Source: Amoeboaphelidium protococcarum X5 (lineage: Eukaryota > Fungi > Aphelidiomycota). Taken from it: a stretch of DNA of 64,000 bases. The translations under genes were made by a program, and so were the position numbers. Location of the stretch: NCBI GenBank assembly GCA_023515725.1, contig JALDTO010000146.1, forward strand, positions 868,001 through 932,000, written 5' to 3'. Every line of letters starts with the position of its first letter. The stretch's first letter is position 1. This document shows positions 13,147 to 27,206 of this stretch, piece by piece. The notes under the pieces were generated by a model. That model was not told the origin of the DNA. It saw nothing but the letters and a program-made list of their open reading frames with translations, and searched no databases.

Positions 13147-16100
13147 ATGTTGAAGCCTGAATCAGTCTCCTAAGTCAGCTTAGATAGAACCATCACTTGC
13201 AAGGTGGGTGAGGCCAAGAACTTGACTCTGGACAAAGTTAGTAAGCATTGTATTTGTGCACTCATCGTTTTCTATATCTAATCTTTCATATTATTGTTAT
13301 AATGTAGAACTTATTGATTCTTATGTTGTGGTCAATTTGGACAAAAGGGAGGAAAAGACACCTCTGATCAGTGGTAATAGTAATCCATTCTGGGGTGAAG
13401 AGTTTATATTTGATGATGTTCCAGCTGATTTTCGGCAACTCTCGGCCACAGTCTATCACAAACAATAACAATCTGGTGATGTGAGTGGAGACAAGGATTA
13501 ATCGTCGTCACAATAACAGTAGTAGGACATTGCTCTCGGTCAAGTGTTTTTCCCTAGAGCGCTAGTCACTTCTGGCAATATGGATGATGATCAGTGGTTT
13601 GCCCTGTCTCCTGTTGATGTGGAGAATTGTATTAGCGGCGACTTGAGGGTGAGACTGACGTACAGTTAGCCAAAGATGGATTTCCCACTTCATACAGTTT
13701 CTGTTAATGTTATGGCTGCACGTAATCTTATGCCTAGGAACTCTGATGGCTCGTGTAATGTGTACGTTGTGGCTCATCTTTTGCCTGATCTTAGAGTCCG
13801 CAGTACGTAGAAATCAAAGATTGTTCATCATACTTCTCCCACGTTTAACGAGATTTTTATATTCTCGATTGATGAGCTAAAGCCGGAACATGAAATCCAT
13901 CTATCCGTGTGGCATCAAGACGCTAGAGGTGAAGACGTATTTATGGGACATTCCAGTATTCCCCTCTCATCAATTGTGCAGGTACAAAGAAGCGACAAGT
14001 GGTATACACTGTTGCCCAAGCCTGGACACATTTCTGACCTGTACCAGATGATAGATAAGTATAAAAAGAAGAGGGCATCTGAGGGAATCACAAAGCCTAA
14101 AATGTTTGCTCTGGCTCTGTAGACGGCGGATCTTGAAGCTGCGATTAATGTAAAGAATAAGAAGCCACACAAGTTTGTCGATTCCAAGTTGAATTCTCTG
14201 TCATACTGTGGTCATTGCTCTGGTATTATGTGGTCCGGCTCAAGTCAGATGCAATGCAAAGAGTGTCGTGTGAGTTGTCATGTGAAGTGCTCCAAGTACA
14301 TTGCGAGTAATTGCGGTACTTTGCGCTTAATCAGAATGAAAGTTAAGTACTCTGTTACGCCTGTGCTGAAATCCAGTAAATACTCTGAATTCCTGCAAGT
14401 GATTGCAAAGCATGATTTTCTGGCGTGTAATGTACTTGGAAAAGTTGTGCAGGAGCGTGAAGAGGCTGCCAAGTTGTTTGTCTCTATATTTGAAGACAAC
14501 TTCTCTGTGATTCCATACATCAAATCCACTATTGCCAATGAGTTCAAGATAGCGTTGGATGCCCAAACTTTGTTCAGAGCTAATTCTCTTGCATCCAAGA
14601 ATATTGACGTCTATCAGAAGGTTGTGGGCATCTAGTACTTAAAGTCCACTCTTGGGCCCATCATCAAGAATATTGTCTAGTCTAACAAGGCTTGTGAGGT
14701 GGATCCTACTCGGTTGAAAAAGGGCGATAACCTGGACATGAATTGGAAGAATCTGCTGGGATATATGAATGCTATCGTACATGCTATTTTCTCTACCTAG
14801 CATAATCTGCCGGATCAGATGCGCGAGATCTACGTTGAATTGTCAGATCAGGCTCTGAAGAAGTTTCCCATGGACAATGTGGTAAAGTTCACTGCTGTCG
14901 CGGGCTTTCTTTTTTTGAGAATGTTTGCACCTGCTATTCTGGGACCAAAGCTGTTTGGTATTATCGAAGAGTACACTGATGATAAGACGTCCAGAACGCT
15001 CACCTTACTTGCCAAGACGTTGTAGAATCTGGCTAATTTGGTGGAGTTTGGCGCTAAAGAGCCTTATATGACTCCCATGAATGAGTTTATTAGATCTAAG
15101 ATGCCATAGATGAAGTAGTTTTTGAATGATGTATCTAGTGCTGCACCCCCGGTATCTAAGCGATCATCTATGGTCAGATATTCCGTGGTGAAGGAGCCAC
15201 TGTCAGACTCAAAGAAGGCATAAGTCCTGGCTCGTTTGTATGAGTTCTTTGTCAAGTACGCTGATAAAATGTTGGAAAAGGCCACTGAATAAGCTGAGAA
15301 ATTGATTCTGCGCGATCTGTATATTGAGCTCGCGCGTATATCTGAGGAGTTATAAAGCTAGAGATAGAGATAGAATGGTAGTAACAACGATTCTGCAGCC
15401 AGCGCTGCAGAGAATAATCCGAATTTGAAGGTGATCACGAGTGCTATGGATAATACGCCTTAGTTTATGAACGTGGATGGCGACTAAAGTGGTGAGATGT
15501 TAGAGGTATCTTCTGTCAAATCGAGAACGTTCGTCAATCCTCTACCTGCAGCTGAATCTAATAAGAAAGGCAATGTCAAATTCAGTGGCGAAAAGGCACC
15601 AGACGTCATTGAAATTCAGCAGTAAGACAACAATGACAGGGATACTCCGCTTAGTGTTGAGTTGGGATAGACTGTGAGTTTAATTGTAGAAGAATAAGCA
15701 GTAGTGAGTCCGCATACTCCAACTAGATCAGAGAGATCGAATACTCTTGTCGGTGATTCCCGCAATAGTAGAATTAAGATGGGCAGACGTGAATTTGGTA
15801 GTTTTTCCGCTCAAGATGCCAAGTCTCATGTCGGATCGTTATTCGCTGACTTTAGCACTTTGTCTAATCGCAGCTCTGTTGTTCCTCAAGAGTCCTTGTC
15901 TGTCCCAGATAAAATTGTTGATTCTGCTGCGACTTCTTCCCCTACTCCAGTGGAGATCAAAGATTAACCAGCGGTGGCTTTGAAGAATTAGGACGCGTAG
16001 AGTGATACTATTGGCACTTCTACTGTCAGCTCTTCTGTAGATTAAAATTCTGTACAAGACAACGTTTCTCCTAGTGGTACTGAGACATTTCCTTAACAGA

Positions 16101-17458
16101 AACCAAAAGAGATTTAGATATTGTCGGTATAAACTGCGAGCAGATCTGCTGTGCCTCAATTATCATCTGCAACGTTAAGAGTCATAAAAAGAGGAGATAG
16201 TTCATCAAATTAGTCTTAAACTTCATCTGCACCGGTATCGCCTGTAATCGTTAAAGTTGTGACGCGTCAAACTGTCAAAGATCTGAGCGGGAATTAGTCT
16301 AGTCAAGACAATTTAAGTTCGTCCACCAGTCAGTAATCTCTAAGCTCCATAAATTTGGTATCAAGCTCGCCAGTGGATAATATGGCCAATAAATAATCCC
16401 CGCCAATCTCACAATTAAATTAGAATTTCCCCACTAGTGTCAAAACTCAACCATCGTCTCCTGTAGTCAGCAAGTTGCCTGCAGATTAGAACAGTTAGTT
16501 CATGGCTGCAGCGGATACGATCAATTAATCTTAGTCACTACCTGCATCCCCTACATATTCGTCTCCTGTAATTGCGTCTGTTCGTAATCGTAAAGGTCCT
16601 AGAAGTGCTTCCCCCGGTGGAGCAGGAGATGCAGCATCTAGAGAGAAAGCTTTAGCTCAACTTCAGGCTGCAATGGGCACAGTATCTGTAGCATCTGCTG
16701 GTTAATTTCTTAATACTTGTGCTGGGTGTTCATCTCTTATTAGTGATACGAAAGATTAGATTTCTGCTTTTGGAAAGTATTGGCACGCGGATCATTTTCA
16801 GTGTGCAGAGTGTAAATTAGTGTTAAGCGCGCAGGCAAACGCGGACAATACTGCAGCTTTCTTCCAAAGTCAACTGTACTGTCAACGTCACAATCCATCC
16901 CGTAAACCCGGTGGTAGTTGTGCTCGCTGTGACCAGGATATAGTCGATGCCGCACTTGAGGCTATGGATAAAAAGTGGCATAAAGAGTGCTTCTTTTGTG
17001 CCGCGTGTGGTGATGATCTGACTGGTGCGTTTGTGCCATTTGAAGGATTACCGTACTGTAAAGACGATTATTATAGAAGAGCAGGCCTATATTGTGGAGC
17101 ATGTGGTGAAGTTATTGAAGGCTAGTATACCACCATATTTGATAGAAAGTATCACTTGGATTGTAAGAAGTGTGATCATTGTGGAACCAGTCTGGCGGGT
17201 AAGCATTATTTCGCGTTCAATGGCGGAGTGGTGTGTCTATCTCATCGTGAAGAATTATTAAGCTGTAGAGGGTGCCATCAACCGATCTAGAGTTAGGTGC
17301 TGGTGGCCATGAAAGCTCAGTATCGCTACCATGCCGAGCATTTCAATTGCACCAAATGTGATTCCAACCTCTCCCGCACTTAGTATTATGAACGCGATGA
17401 GAATCCTTACTGTTAATAGTGCTGGCTCACTATTTACTTGTAATAGACTCGCTTTTGA
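13147..17458 (+). CDS. C2-C2-C1-RasGAP protein with long S/P linker and four C-terminal LIM domains
   Basis: C2 (NPFWGEEF), second C2, C1 (HKF...YCGHC...C..C...H..C), RasGAP (TLFRANSLASK, FLFLRMFAPAILGP, KTLQNLAN), 4 LIM fingers; one 5' intron (about 13240-13308); no in-frame TGA from RasGAP to TGA 17456-17458. Confidence 0.88.
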
Positions 17459-17667
17459 TGTAACGTTGCTGGTATGATGAAGAACCTTTATGTTTGAATA
17501 TGAATTAAAGTGATGATTATGATTGATTGACAAATAGAAGTTGAAAAGGCGTAGGTATTCTCTCTCTCTCTTGAAATTTTATTGAGCGATCATTCATTGA
17601 TTTTCTTCTACCATCCTACGTAGTAAAGTAATCAGGTATCGTTCTCTTATAGAACAAAGATTGAATA

Positions 17668-18606
17668 ATGTTTATTGATGCAGAATATACATTGTAAAGT
17701 GTTCTTGATTACGATGCATAAATATCCCGGGCCTCTCTAAACTTAATGAATCGATCGAATGGCCAGTCCAAGATAATGATGAAGTTGTTGGGCCCGCGAT
17801 TGTAATGTAGTCAAATTTATTAAGCTGTATCTTAAATAATGGATGTAATCTATCATCACTCTGCAATTATAGACCGCTATCAAAGTAGTGAAGATTAAAC
17901 TATGATCGAAGAATCTGTGCATATAATCAGTATTGCCATGCAGAAGTTATTCATTTAGTTCAATTAGACCAAGTGTCAAGAGGTTCGACGCGTCATTGTC
18001 AAATTGTTCCAGTCATAGCGTAATGTATTGATGTTTAGTGGCACCCAGGACGGTCAAGATTCAGATGAATAATTCAGTATCCAGCGCATTCCATTAGATA
18101 AAATTGAAAGTATTGATAAAATGGTCCAACTTGTAGTAGGAGTCGTATCACTGTTTGAAGTGCACAACGGTCGATTGCGAAAGTATTTTGATTAGATGCA
18201 GCGACTTAGTCCAGATGGATGGCAAAAGTTGAAGTTGATTAAAATGCCAACATAATAATCTTTTTATTCTTTGAAAGATATTGAAGATCAAAGCACTTAA
18301 TACAATGCTCAGTTTGAACAAAGTGAAGGAAATGTAGTTGAGAATTGGCTATTATCTCTGCGGCTGTTGGTTGAGCTTAGAGAGTTTGTGATGGATAATT
18401 TGGACGTTCGATACCTGCTATGGGAATATGAACAGGTATCAAAGACTCAAAGTAGACAATAAGAGAATTAAAACTATCCTTTTGCTGCTCCCGAAGCTTA
18501 GCAGTTATTAGCACAACTGTTGGCAATTTCAAAATCTAAATATACCCTTACTACTGATGAAGACGATGTCATGGCTAAAAATGACGCTATAAACATTGAC
18601 CAATGA
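17668..18606 (+). CDS. Hypothetical protein (312 aa), missed by the standard-code track
   Basis: ATG 17668 to TGA 18604-18606 open in code 6; no domain recognised. Confidence 0.65.
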
Positions 18607-18697
18607 CTATCCAATATCTAAATACTTATTCTCTTGCTAAATGTGAATATAATAATATTTTTAACACATTTATATACTAAAAGAATATACATATATA

Positions 18698-19296
18698 TCA
18701 CGAGCATTTGTAGTCGCCAGCTTTTGAATTGAGAATTAAACTGACAATGAGACCATACAAGCCGAGCACTTCAGCAAAAATCAACACCAACACCATGCCG
18801 ATGAATATCCTGTCTTGGAAGGTGTACTGCCTCACTGATGCATCTCCCACAATGCCGATAGCCCATCCAGCAGCCAAGCCAGATAGGCCAGTGGTTAGAC
18901 CGGCAGCCAGGTGAACTGCACCAGAAAAAAGTGAATACGGTCGATCGGGAGACAGACTTTGAGAAATCAGTACCGCAACCACCAGACCATAAATTCCCAC
19001 AATTGACGCCATAACAACTGGTACCAAGGACTTCATAATCAACTAAGGTTTAAACTATCCCATTCCCACAATACCAGCTCCCGCCTTTGCAGTTCCTACA
19101 TACTAAAAATAAAAAAACTTTAGTCTATCATTCAATGATTAATTCTCACCTATTGCGGATCCAGTAGCAGTCAGCACCATTGCAAGTGTGGCACCTACAA
19201 ATAATAATAATTCATAAGCTATTAATTAAACAACAATAATATCATACCAGCAAATCCAAAGAATGGTGCAAATTATGGGCAAAATTATTCAGACAT
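18698..19296 (-). CDS. VMA11: V-ATPase proteolipid subunit c'
   Basis: [60 protein letters not shown]; two short introns. Confidence 0.85.
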
Positions 19297-19813
19297 TTGC
19301 AATTTCAATTCACCAGACTGTCGCAAGAAAGAAAAGATTATAAGAACGTCAGAAAGATATGAAAACGCGAGAGAAACTGCTCAGAACGGTCGCATCGTTT
19401 CTGCTCTAATTCAAACGCAACGATTACAGTATAGAGCGGGTGCAAAAATTTACGGATCAATCCTCTACACCTCTCGTCCTTGTCCTACAATAAGTCAGTC
19501 CTCTAGATATAGGCAGCTGCTGCAGCAACTTCTGCAGGGTCATTCTAATTGGACACCGTCAACAGCTCACCTTCTCTCGGAGAAAACTAGTCCGCGAGAA
19601 TCATACGACTGACTCCCTTAATCTCCATCTCTCCCAGGATGCATTAATACCATGCTAAAATAGCTGAGAGAGAACGCGAGAAAGAAAAGAGAATTGTGTT
19701 TCAGATCACTCATCCCAATTAACAGCAACAACAACAACAACATCATCATCACCATCATAAAAGTTTATTGTACAACGCGTTTATAACTATAGATCAATAA
19801 TCACGATATATCA

Positions 19814-20550
19814 TCATTTGGCATCAATGTGCAGTTGTTGCAACTTCCAATGCCTACGACATAGGCTTTTATAAACGGAATTGCCACCGCAAAGAATCTA
19901 ATCTCCAGTCAGGACCATCTTCTCCTCGCCATTCTCATCTACAGTGACGCGCGCATTAAACGTAGCCTTTCTGCCACAGTGACAAATTGTCTTTATCTCG
20001 GATAATGTATCGGCAATTGATAATAGATACGCGCTTCCTACAAAAGGTATATTTTGATATTAAACTATCGCACTCACTTATAATTGCAAGTTCTCGAATA
20101 AACTCCATACCTTCAAACGGTTCACCGCGAAAATCACTGCGTAGACCGTAACACAACACTGGAATACCAAGAATATCTACAATATCAGATAGCTAGAGAA
20201 CTTGATCTTTCGTCAGAAATTGAGCTTCATCCACGAGAATACAACTATAGCGATCATTAGTTTGTGCATCAGCGTCTTAGACAAACTGATAAAAATTGAA
20301 ATTGATCTCAAAAGCAATAGCTTCCTACTGCAACCCAATTCTACTTGTAATCTTGCCAACGCCATATCTATCATCTATCACAGGAGCCTACATAGGAAAA
20401 GTGATAAATCTTTTCAATGATACTTCATTGGAGTGAACTTACAAACAGGAGCGTTTTCATACCACGCTCATTGTAGTTGAAAGAGGACTGAAGCAAGGTT
20501 GTTGTCTTACCAGCATTCATGGAGCTGTAGTAGAAGAACAATTTTGCCAT
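19814..20550 (-). CDS. tdk: Thymidine kinase of bacterial (Tdk) type, intron-containing
   Basis: [64 protein letters not shown]; GT-AG introns 20388-20442 and 20038-20110. Confidence 0.92.
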
Positions 20551-20777
20551 AATGTTGTTGTTTGATATAAGATAATATACTGTATATAGTATAGTATCGA
20601 TGTTAGTAATTAATAAAATGAGCTTGAGCATAATAAATGGAAGTTTTGAAACAAGATGTAAATCCATGAAACTGTTGCCCACACTAGAACAACCCCTATT
20701 GCTATAGCGATAAAACAAATTTGAATAATTAGCATTAAAATCATATTTTTTTAAAACATTACGAGAAGTCAATAACA

Positions 20778-23492
20778 TCACTTATCGTAAGCAAAAATCC
20801 TGTTCAGTGTCTCGTACATCAACATCGAGAAGGCATACACGTCCATCGACTTGCACCCGTCTCTCTAGAGACCATCGACGAACGCGCTCTTGAATTGAAC
20901 GATCAACTCGGGCGCTGCATACACATAACTTAAGCCTCTTACATTGCTCAGCTGCAGAGCTTTGACTTTATAGGCATTAGTATCGAACACTTAGGTGATA
21001 CCAAAATCACAAATAATAGGCATCAATCGATCACTACCACAATAGTCAAGCAGAACATTGTCAGGCTTGATGTCAAAGTGGACTATATTCTTTTGATGCA
21101 TGAATAAGTATCCTGCGGCGAGCATCTTATAGATAAAAACCAACTGGCTCTTACTATAAGCGACATGATTAATAGCACTTTGCCCGAGCATATATCTATT
21201 CAAACTGCCCAGTGGGTAGTATCTCATTAGGATGCACGCAGGAACTTCACTATACCCATATAGTTTTATAAATTGTGGTTAGTCTTTAAATAGATTCATC
21301 AACACTAGCTCCTAAAAGAATGCATTACGAGCTCTATCAGACATGACCTCCAAATTGTCCGCTGCAACTTTGACAATCACTTGCTGATCTCCACAGAGCT
21401 GGCGTGCGTCCTTGTCCAGAATATCGCCAAAATACAAGGAGCCATTACCAGTGACTGTTAACAGATTTTTTAGTCTAAATCCAAAGCCAGCCTAAAGCCT
21501 CAAAAACACAGGGATTGCCAAGACATCGGTAGCTGGAGCAAAAGTACTGGTAAACATAGTGGTTGAGGTGGCTTACGACCCAGATGACGCTACCACAACA
21601 GTCGTTGAAGTGGCATTGGCCGACGCTCTGACCTGCGTGACTTTTTTGCGATAAAACCTTCTTCTATACGTGAGCATCAACAACAGACAGATGATAAAAA
21701 ATGCAATGATACCAGCAATTATCGCCAGAAGTAAAGTAAGAGAAGTGCCATTCGCTGATACCACCTAATTGCCGTCCTAATTCACAGAGGAATAAACACC
21801 AGAAGTTGTTGCCGTTAATAGAGAAGACAGACTGTGTGAAAGAAGCACAAATTAAAGAGCATTCGACTATGAAACTGATTACACCTACAAGCTATTTGAA
21901 CTAATGGCGAATCCACTGACTATACCAGCATTCGAAGACCCAACAAAAGCACCTAGAGTCTCACTAGTATGGCTAATTAAATTAGTGTCACTTAGTGAAG
22001 AAGACGTCGTCAACGAATTCACTTATTGGCTTGTACTAATCGACGTTACTTGATCAGGTGTGATGGTAATAGAAGTGTCAGAGGGAGTATTAATGGCAGT
22101 TGTAGTAGAGGTAGTTGCAATAGAAGTAGTGGTAATAATAGCGACAGAAGTGGTAGTGGACTCAGTAGTAGCAATAGCCATAGAGCTCTCAAGCGACGTA
22201 GACGACGAAATTTTACCAGATGTTGTACTTATTGTAGAAGTCAATGGCATGAGAATAGTAGAATTTGTAGTAGTTATCACTTGTGACAAAGAAGTAGAGG
22301 AACTTGAGTATAACAAAGAGCTTGATGCAGGTAGTGTTGTGGTAGTCGAAGTCATAGTAGGAGAACTTGATGCAGAAAGTGTTGTTGTAGTTAAAGTACT
22401 GCTGGATGAACTTTAGGAGCAGCTTGAAGCCAGCAAAGCACCAGAATTCTCTATTGCCAAGGCTCCCACACTGGACTGCTAGCCAACAATCCATATTTTA
22501 CGCGTATTGAGATTCTCCGCAACATCATACAGGTAATTCATGGTGAGAGGAAATCTTTGGCTTACATTCTACTAGCAAATAGTAAATATTACAGAGCTTG
22601 AACCAGTAGAGTAAGACGACCCAATAATCTTCATCTGATTCAAGGGATCAATCATTGAGCTCGCAGACCCGAAATTTACTCCTGTACTAGCAGGCCAGTA
22701 AATTGTTGAATTAAACGACCCATCAACGATATTGTGTGTATACCAGAAAATCTCATAAGACAGACCGCTATATTGACGGACACCATTAACTTAAATGAGA
22801 CCCTGATCAATTAAAATCGTATTAACAGCAGAGTTGAACGCAAAAACATTGAACCATTATTAAGTGCCATTAACGTTATAAGAAGCCAGAAATCCAAACT
22901 GATTCGTTGATGACACGCTATTCCACCTACCACCAGCAATGAGACGATCTTCATAACGCGTGAGATCATACATCTAGTCAACTTGCGATGTTCCACTTTA
23001 CTTAATCCACAAGTAGGTGCCATTGTAATCCAAAGCAGCAATAAAGCCATCCTACTAGCCTTGATTGGCATAGCCAGAAAATGACCCCGAGGTGTGACCA
23101 TTGAAAAACAGCTTTTCCTGAGACTCATACAAGGTCAAACCAGACGGAAACGTATTGCCACCTGATGCTGTAGTCACCTTTGTCCATGCAACAGTGCCAT
23201 TAGGGTGAAAGCGGAAAGCCGTCATCGCGTAGAAACTACCTGAAAGACCATTTCCAACCATGAACAAATCGCCCGTCGTCTGATCAATGACGAGTGTTTC
23301 AGTGGCGCTGCTAGTTAGACCACCAGGAAGCCAAACCATATTTTTCAATTAAGTGCCATTTGAAGCGTATTAATAAAGAATATTTCTGTTGTCAGAAGAG
23401 TCGCCTATGATGAACATGATGCCATCAGACTGTCTATAAGCGATGTCCTTTAAAAAACGGGCACCAGCCACTGTTTGCTGATTGAAGCTCAT
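20778..23492 (-). CDS. Receptor-like kinase 1: beta-propeller ectodomain, S/T stalk, TM, C-terminally short non-RD kinase
   Basis: Intronless single frame; [23 protein letters not shown]; [25 protein letters not shown]; TGA 20778-20780. Confidence 0.85.
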
Positions 23493-23766
23493 TTCCAAAA
23501 TCTTGTATCAATCCAAAGTCTTTCCAATTATGATGATGCAAAGTAGACAATCAATAATTTCAATATTAAAGGATCAACACGAAGTAATTTAGAGACAAAA
23601 ACAGAGCACATATGAGGGTAACCACATCCATGAGTTGCTATTCCAAAAATAGACTTTCCAGAAATCTGGCATTATCATCAGGTGATTGCATTGTACATGT
23701 GAAATAAACAAAATGAAATTACAGTATGCATAAAACGGTTTAATGTTATTAAATCATATCCACCTT

Positions 23767-26487
23767 TCATTACCAATAGCTTTAACAAGCTCTTTCCCTA
23801 GTCAAGCATTCAAACATCATCACAGCGAAAGCATAAACATCCATTGATTTGCCAGCTTCACGTTACAAGCCATTACAGAATTAACGCCTAAACTCAATCA
23901 GCAATTCAGGTGCAGCGTAAGTAAAACTTAAGCTGCGAACATTGCTCACCTACAGCGCCTTGACTTTGTACGCGTCAGAGTCGAAAATTTGGGTGATTCC
24001 AAAGTCGCAGATTATAGGCATCAGTAAGTTTGGAGCACAGATTTCCAACAACACATTATCAGGCTTTATATCAAAATGGACAATGTTCATACTGTGCATA
24101 TGTCTGTAACCCATAGTTAGCTATTTAAGAATAAACAAAAGCTGATACTTACTGTATACCATGCCTTATGCACGCTGCTCTCCAGATATAAAGTCTTTCA
24201 AACTTCCCGGCTAGTAATGCTTCATAACAATTGCCGCTGGCTACTCGCTGTAACCTACCAACTTAATAAACTGTGGCTAATCTCTGAACAAGTACATCAA
24301 AGTCAACTCTTGATAGAACGAATTTATACTCCTATCTCCCATACTAAAAATACTATCAGAAACTATTTTGATAACCACAGTAGAGATGTTAAACTGCTAA
24401 CCAATATTAATGTTGAGAAGATCGCCAATATACAGGGATCCGTTACCGGTTTTAGCCAGCAAAGTTAGGGGCCTAAAATCATAACCAGCTTTCAAAACTA
24501 AAAATGCCGGTATTGCCAACACATCAGTAACTGGAGCCATGGTCTGACTAAAAAACGTGCTGCTAGGGATGATAGTAGACGTCTGAGCCGTATGCATATG
24601 TGTTGGTGCGACAGAGCTTCCGTAAGTTGAACTCTTATATCTTCCACCGGCCGCCCTCCTACGCCTCTTCACCAAGAGCACTGCAAAGACGCCAAGTATT
24701 ACTAAAGCGATGAAGCCGGAGAAGCCCGCAATTATGCTGGATAATATACCATTATTACCGGAATTAAGCTGCTACCCTGGCCCACCTCCAAGATCTGATT
24801 AGGTGATATCAGCAACACTACTCTGAATATATGCACCTTCGCCATTAGAGTTGTAGCCAAATGAAATTAGTGCAGAGGAACTTAAAGAGACAGAAGTGCT
24901 GATGAGTTTTTGCCAACCACTACTGGAATATCCATCCAATACCACTGAATTACTAGGAGTCAACGTTAAGAATGTAGATGTCAGTATATCAATCGACGTT
25001 GTCGTCAGAGTCGACGAGTCGATCTTGCTTGTAGTAGTGGTAGATAAGGAGGAGACTTCAGTTGATATTGTGGTGGATGAGGTACTTATTGAAGAGGAGA
25101 TAGTCGGACGAGTCGTTGTAGAATTTGTTCTTGTAGTAGTCGTCGTTGTTGCTGTTATTGGTGTAGTAATTGCAATCGTCGTAGTAGTCGGTGTAGTAAT
25201 CGTAGCAGTCGTGGTGGTGGTAGTCGAGGTCGGCGTCGAGGTAGTAGTCGTACTAGTAGTAGTGGTACTAGTAGTTGTCGTTGTCGTGCTAGTAGTAGTT
25301 GTAGTAGTAGTAGTTGTAGTAGTAGTTGTAGTAGTAGTCGTTGTAGTGGTTGTAGTTGTAGTGGGAGTGGTGGTAGTTCTAGAAGTCGTAGTTGTGCTAG
25401 TTGTTGGTCCAGCACAGCCTTAAGCCAGCAGAGTAACGGCACTCTCCTGCAGCAAGACTCCAACGTTACTACTAGTGACACCAATTACCCAAATTCTACG
25501 TGTGCTCAAATCTTGAGCCACCCCCTTTACCGTACTTATAGCCAAAGTGGATCTAGAACCAACAACGGTACCACAAACTCTCATAATAAAATCACTGGTA
25601 CCAGTGCCCACTAAGACTTTCATCTCATTCACGGGATCAATAATGCCTACTGTGTTTTCCAAATTATTGCCAGTATTGCCTGCCAAATAGACAGATGTGA
25701 CAAGAGCACCAGTTGTAGGATTATAGGTTCGCCAAAAGAGTTCGTAATTGCCGCCAGCAGAGTCGTAAACTCCAGATGCTTGAATCAGATTATTACTAAT
25801 GGTGATTGAATAGACTGCAGAATTGGAATTAAAAACATTGGCCCAATTCTTGACGCCAGCTGTAGTGTATGAAGCCAAATATCCATAAGGTTAATTGAAC
25901 TAAGATACACCATTCCAAAGGCCGCCAACAATTACGTTACTACCGTAAAGTTCAAGACAATACAGCTAGTCAACCGCCGTTGTACCTTCCTAAACAACCC
26001 AAAGCTGGGCACCGTTATAGTCCAGAGCTGCAACAAAAGTATCCCAAGGACCGCCTTTATACGTGTATCCAGCAAAATTACCACCCACCAGACCAGAGAG
26101 ATAGAAACGTCTGTTGCTCTCACTCAACGCCAAACCATAACTAAAAGCATCACCACTCTGAGTAGACATTGATGTCTATATAGCAACACTTTTATTAGCG
26201 TTAAATCGATAGGCCACAACCACAAATCGCGCTAAAGATGTCGACCTTCCGTTGCCTACGACTATGATCTCACCAGTGCTTTGATCCACTTTTACTGTAT
26301 CCAGTGATAGGGAAGAATAGCCACTAGGTAATAGAGATTAACTAAATAGCTGTGTGCCATTGGCAGCATGCTGATAAATGTATGATTCGACTCCGTCTTG
26401 ACCCACAATGAACATTGTGCCATCAGATTTACGAAATGCAATGCCAGTCAACTTAACCCCGCCAAAAGACGTGGATGTAAAGCTCAT
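23767..26487 (-). CDS. Receptor-like kinase 2 (paralog)
   Basis: MSFTSTSFGG start, SBBP-like repeats, Thr-rich stalk, [16 protein letters not shown]; TGA 23767-23769. Confidence 0.85.
25020..25410 (-). repeat. Thr-codon (ACN)n low-complexity mucin-like stalk of RLK2
   Basis: (GTA/GTT/GTC)n on + strand; the poly-Val + strand ORF is its antisense. Confidence 0.9.
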
Positions 26488-27206
26488 TTTCTGTCAACGA
26501 TTATCACCTCTTATAAATAATTTAAAGATAGTCTGCAATCAATCTAAAATCAAAATGAATAAAATGAAAGATTTTACATTGGGAAAAGAATTGCCTTATC
26601 ATTGTGCCAGCTTAAATCAATAAGGGCATACATAATCAGTTGAGAGCTGTCCAATCAGCAATTCAATCAAACGTTGAGATTTTATAAATAGACCGCAGAA
26701 GATTCACGAAGACTTTTAGTTATCCACTTCCATAACTCACTTAATACTTTATTTAAATGAAATTAAGTATCTCAAATAGTTAAACCGAACCTCTTTTACT
26801 ATATAGACTGCTTAAACAAGGTCATAAAATTTCCAACTTTGATTCATCAGCAATCCGAAATCAAGTTTTTTAAAGAGGTAAGTAGTTTTATACGCGGCAT
26901 GCTGCGCTATTTCTTAATATTCCACTGCATTGAATGTGCTAGTATAAATAACTTTGGCGGTCTACGAAATGTAATAGATGGCTTAATTGCAAGATACCTT
27001 GCCGCGATTTTGAACAGATCTGATTGATCATCAAATTTTATCTAGAAGGTGAACCATTTAAATCATATTTAATCGCTTTATTATGAGGTAATACACGACA
27101 AAATGTTTTATACAACTTTCTGATTTTTATAGTTAACAGAAACAAGACTAATATATAAAGCCCGTATAAGTTCTGTTCCACTGTTTCATTCATCAATCTT
27201 TCATTA

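Noticed and set aside
19814-20550. Bacterial contamination (tdk, and the LolD-like ATPase at 33882-35003)
   Set aside because: Both use TAR=Gln and lie among eukaryotic genes; tdk has spliceosomal introns
24896-25423. Poly-Val ORF on + strand (also 22060-22416 and 28474-28926)
   Set aside because: These are antisense shadows of the Thr-rich stalks of the minus-strand receptor kinases
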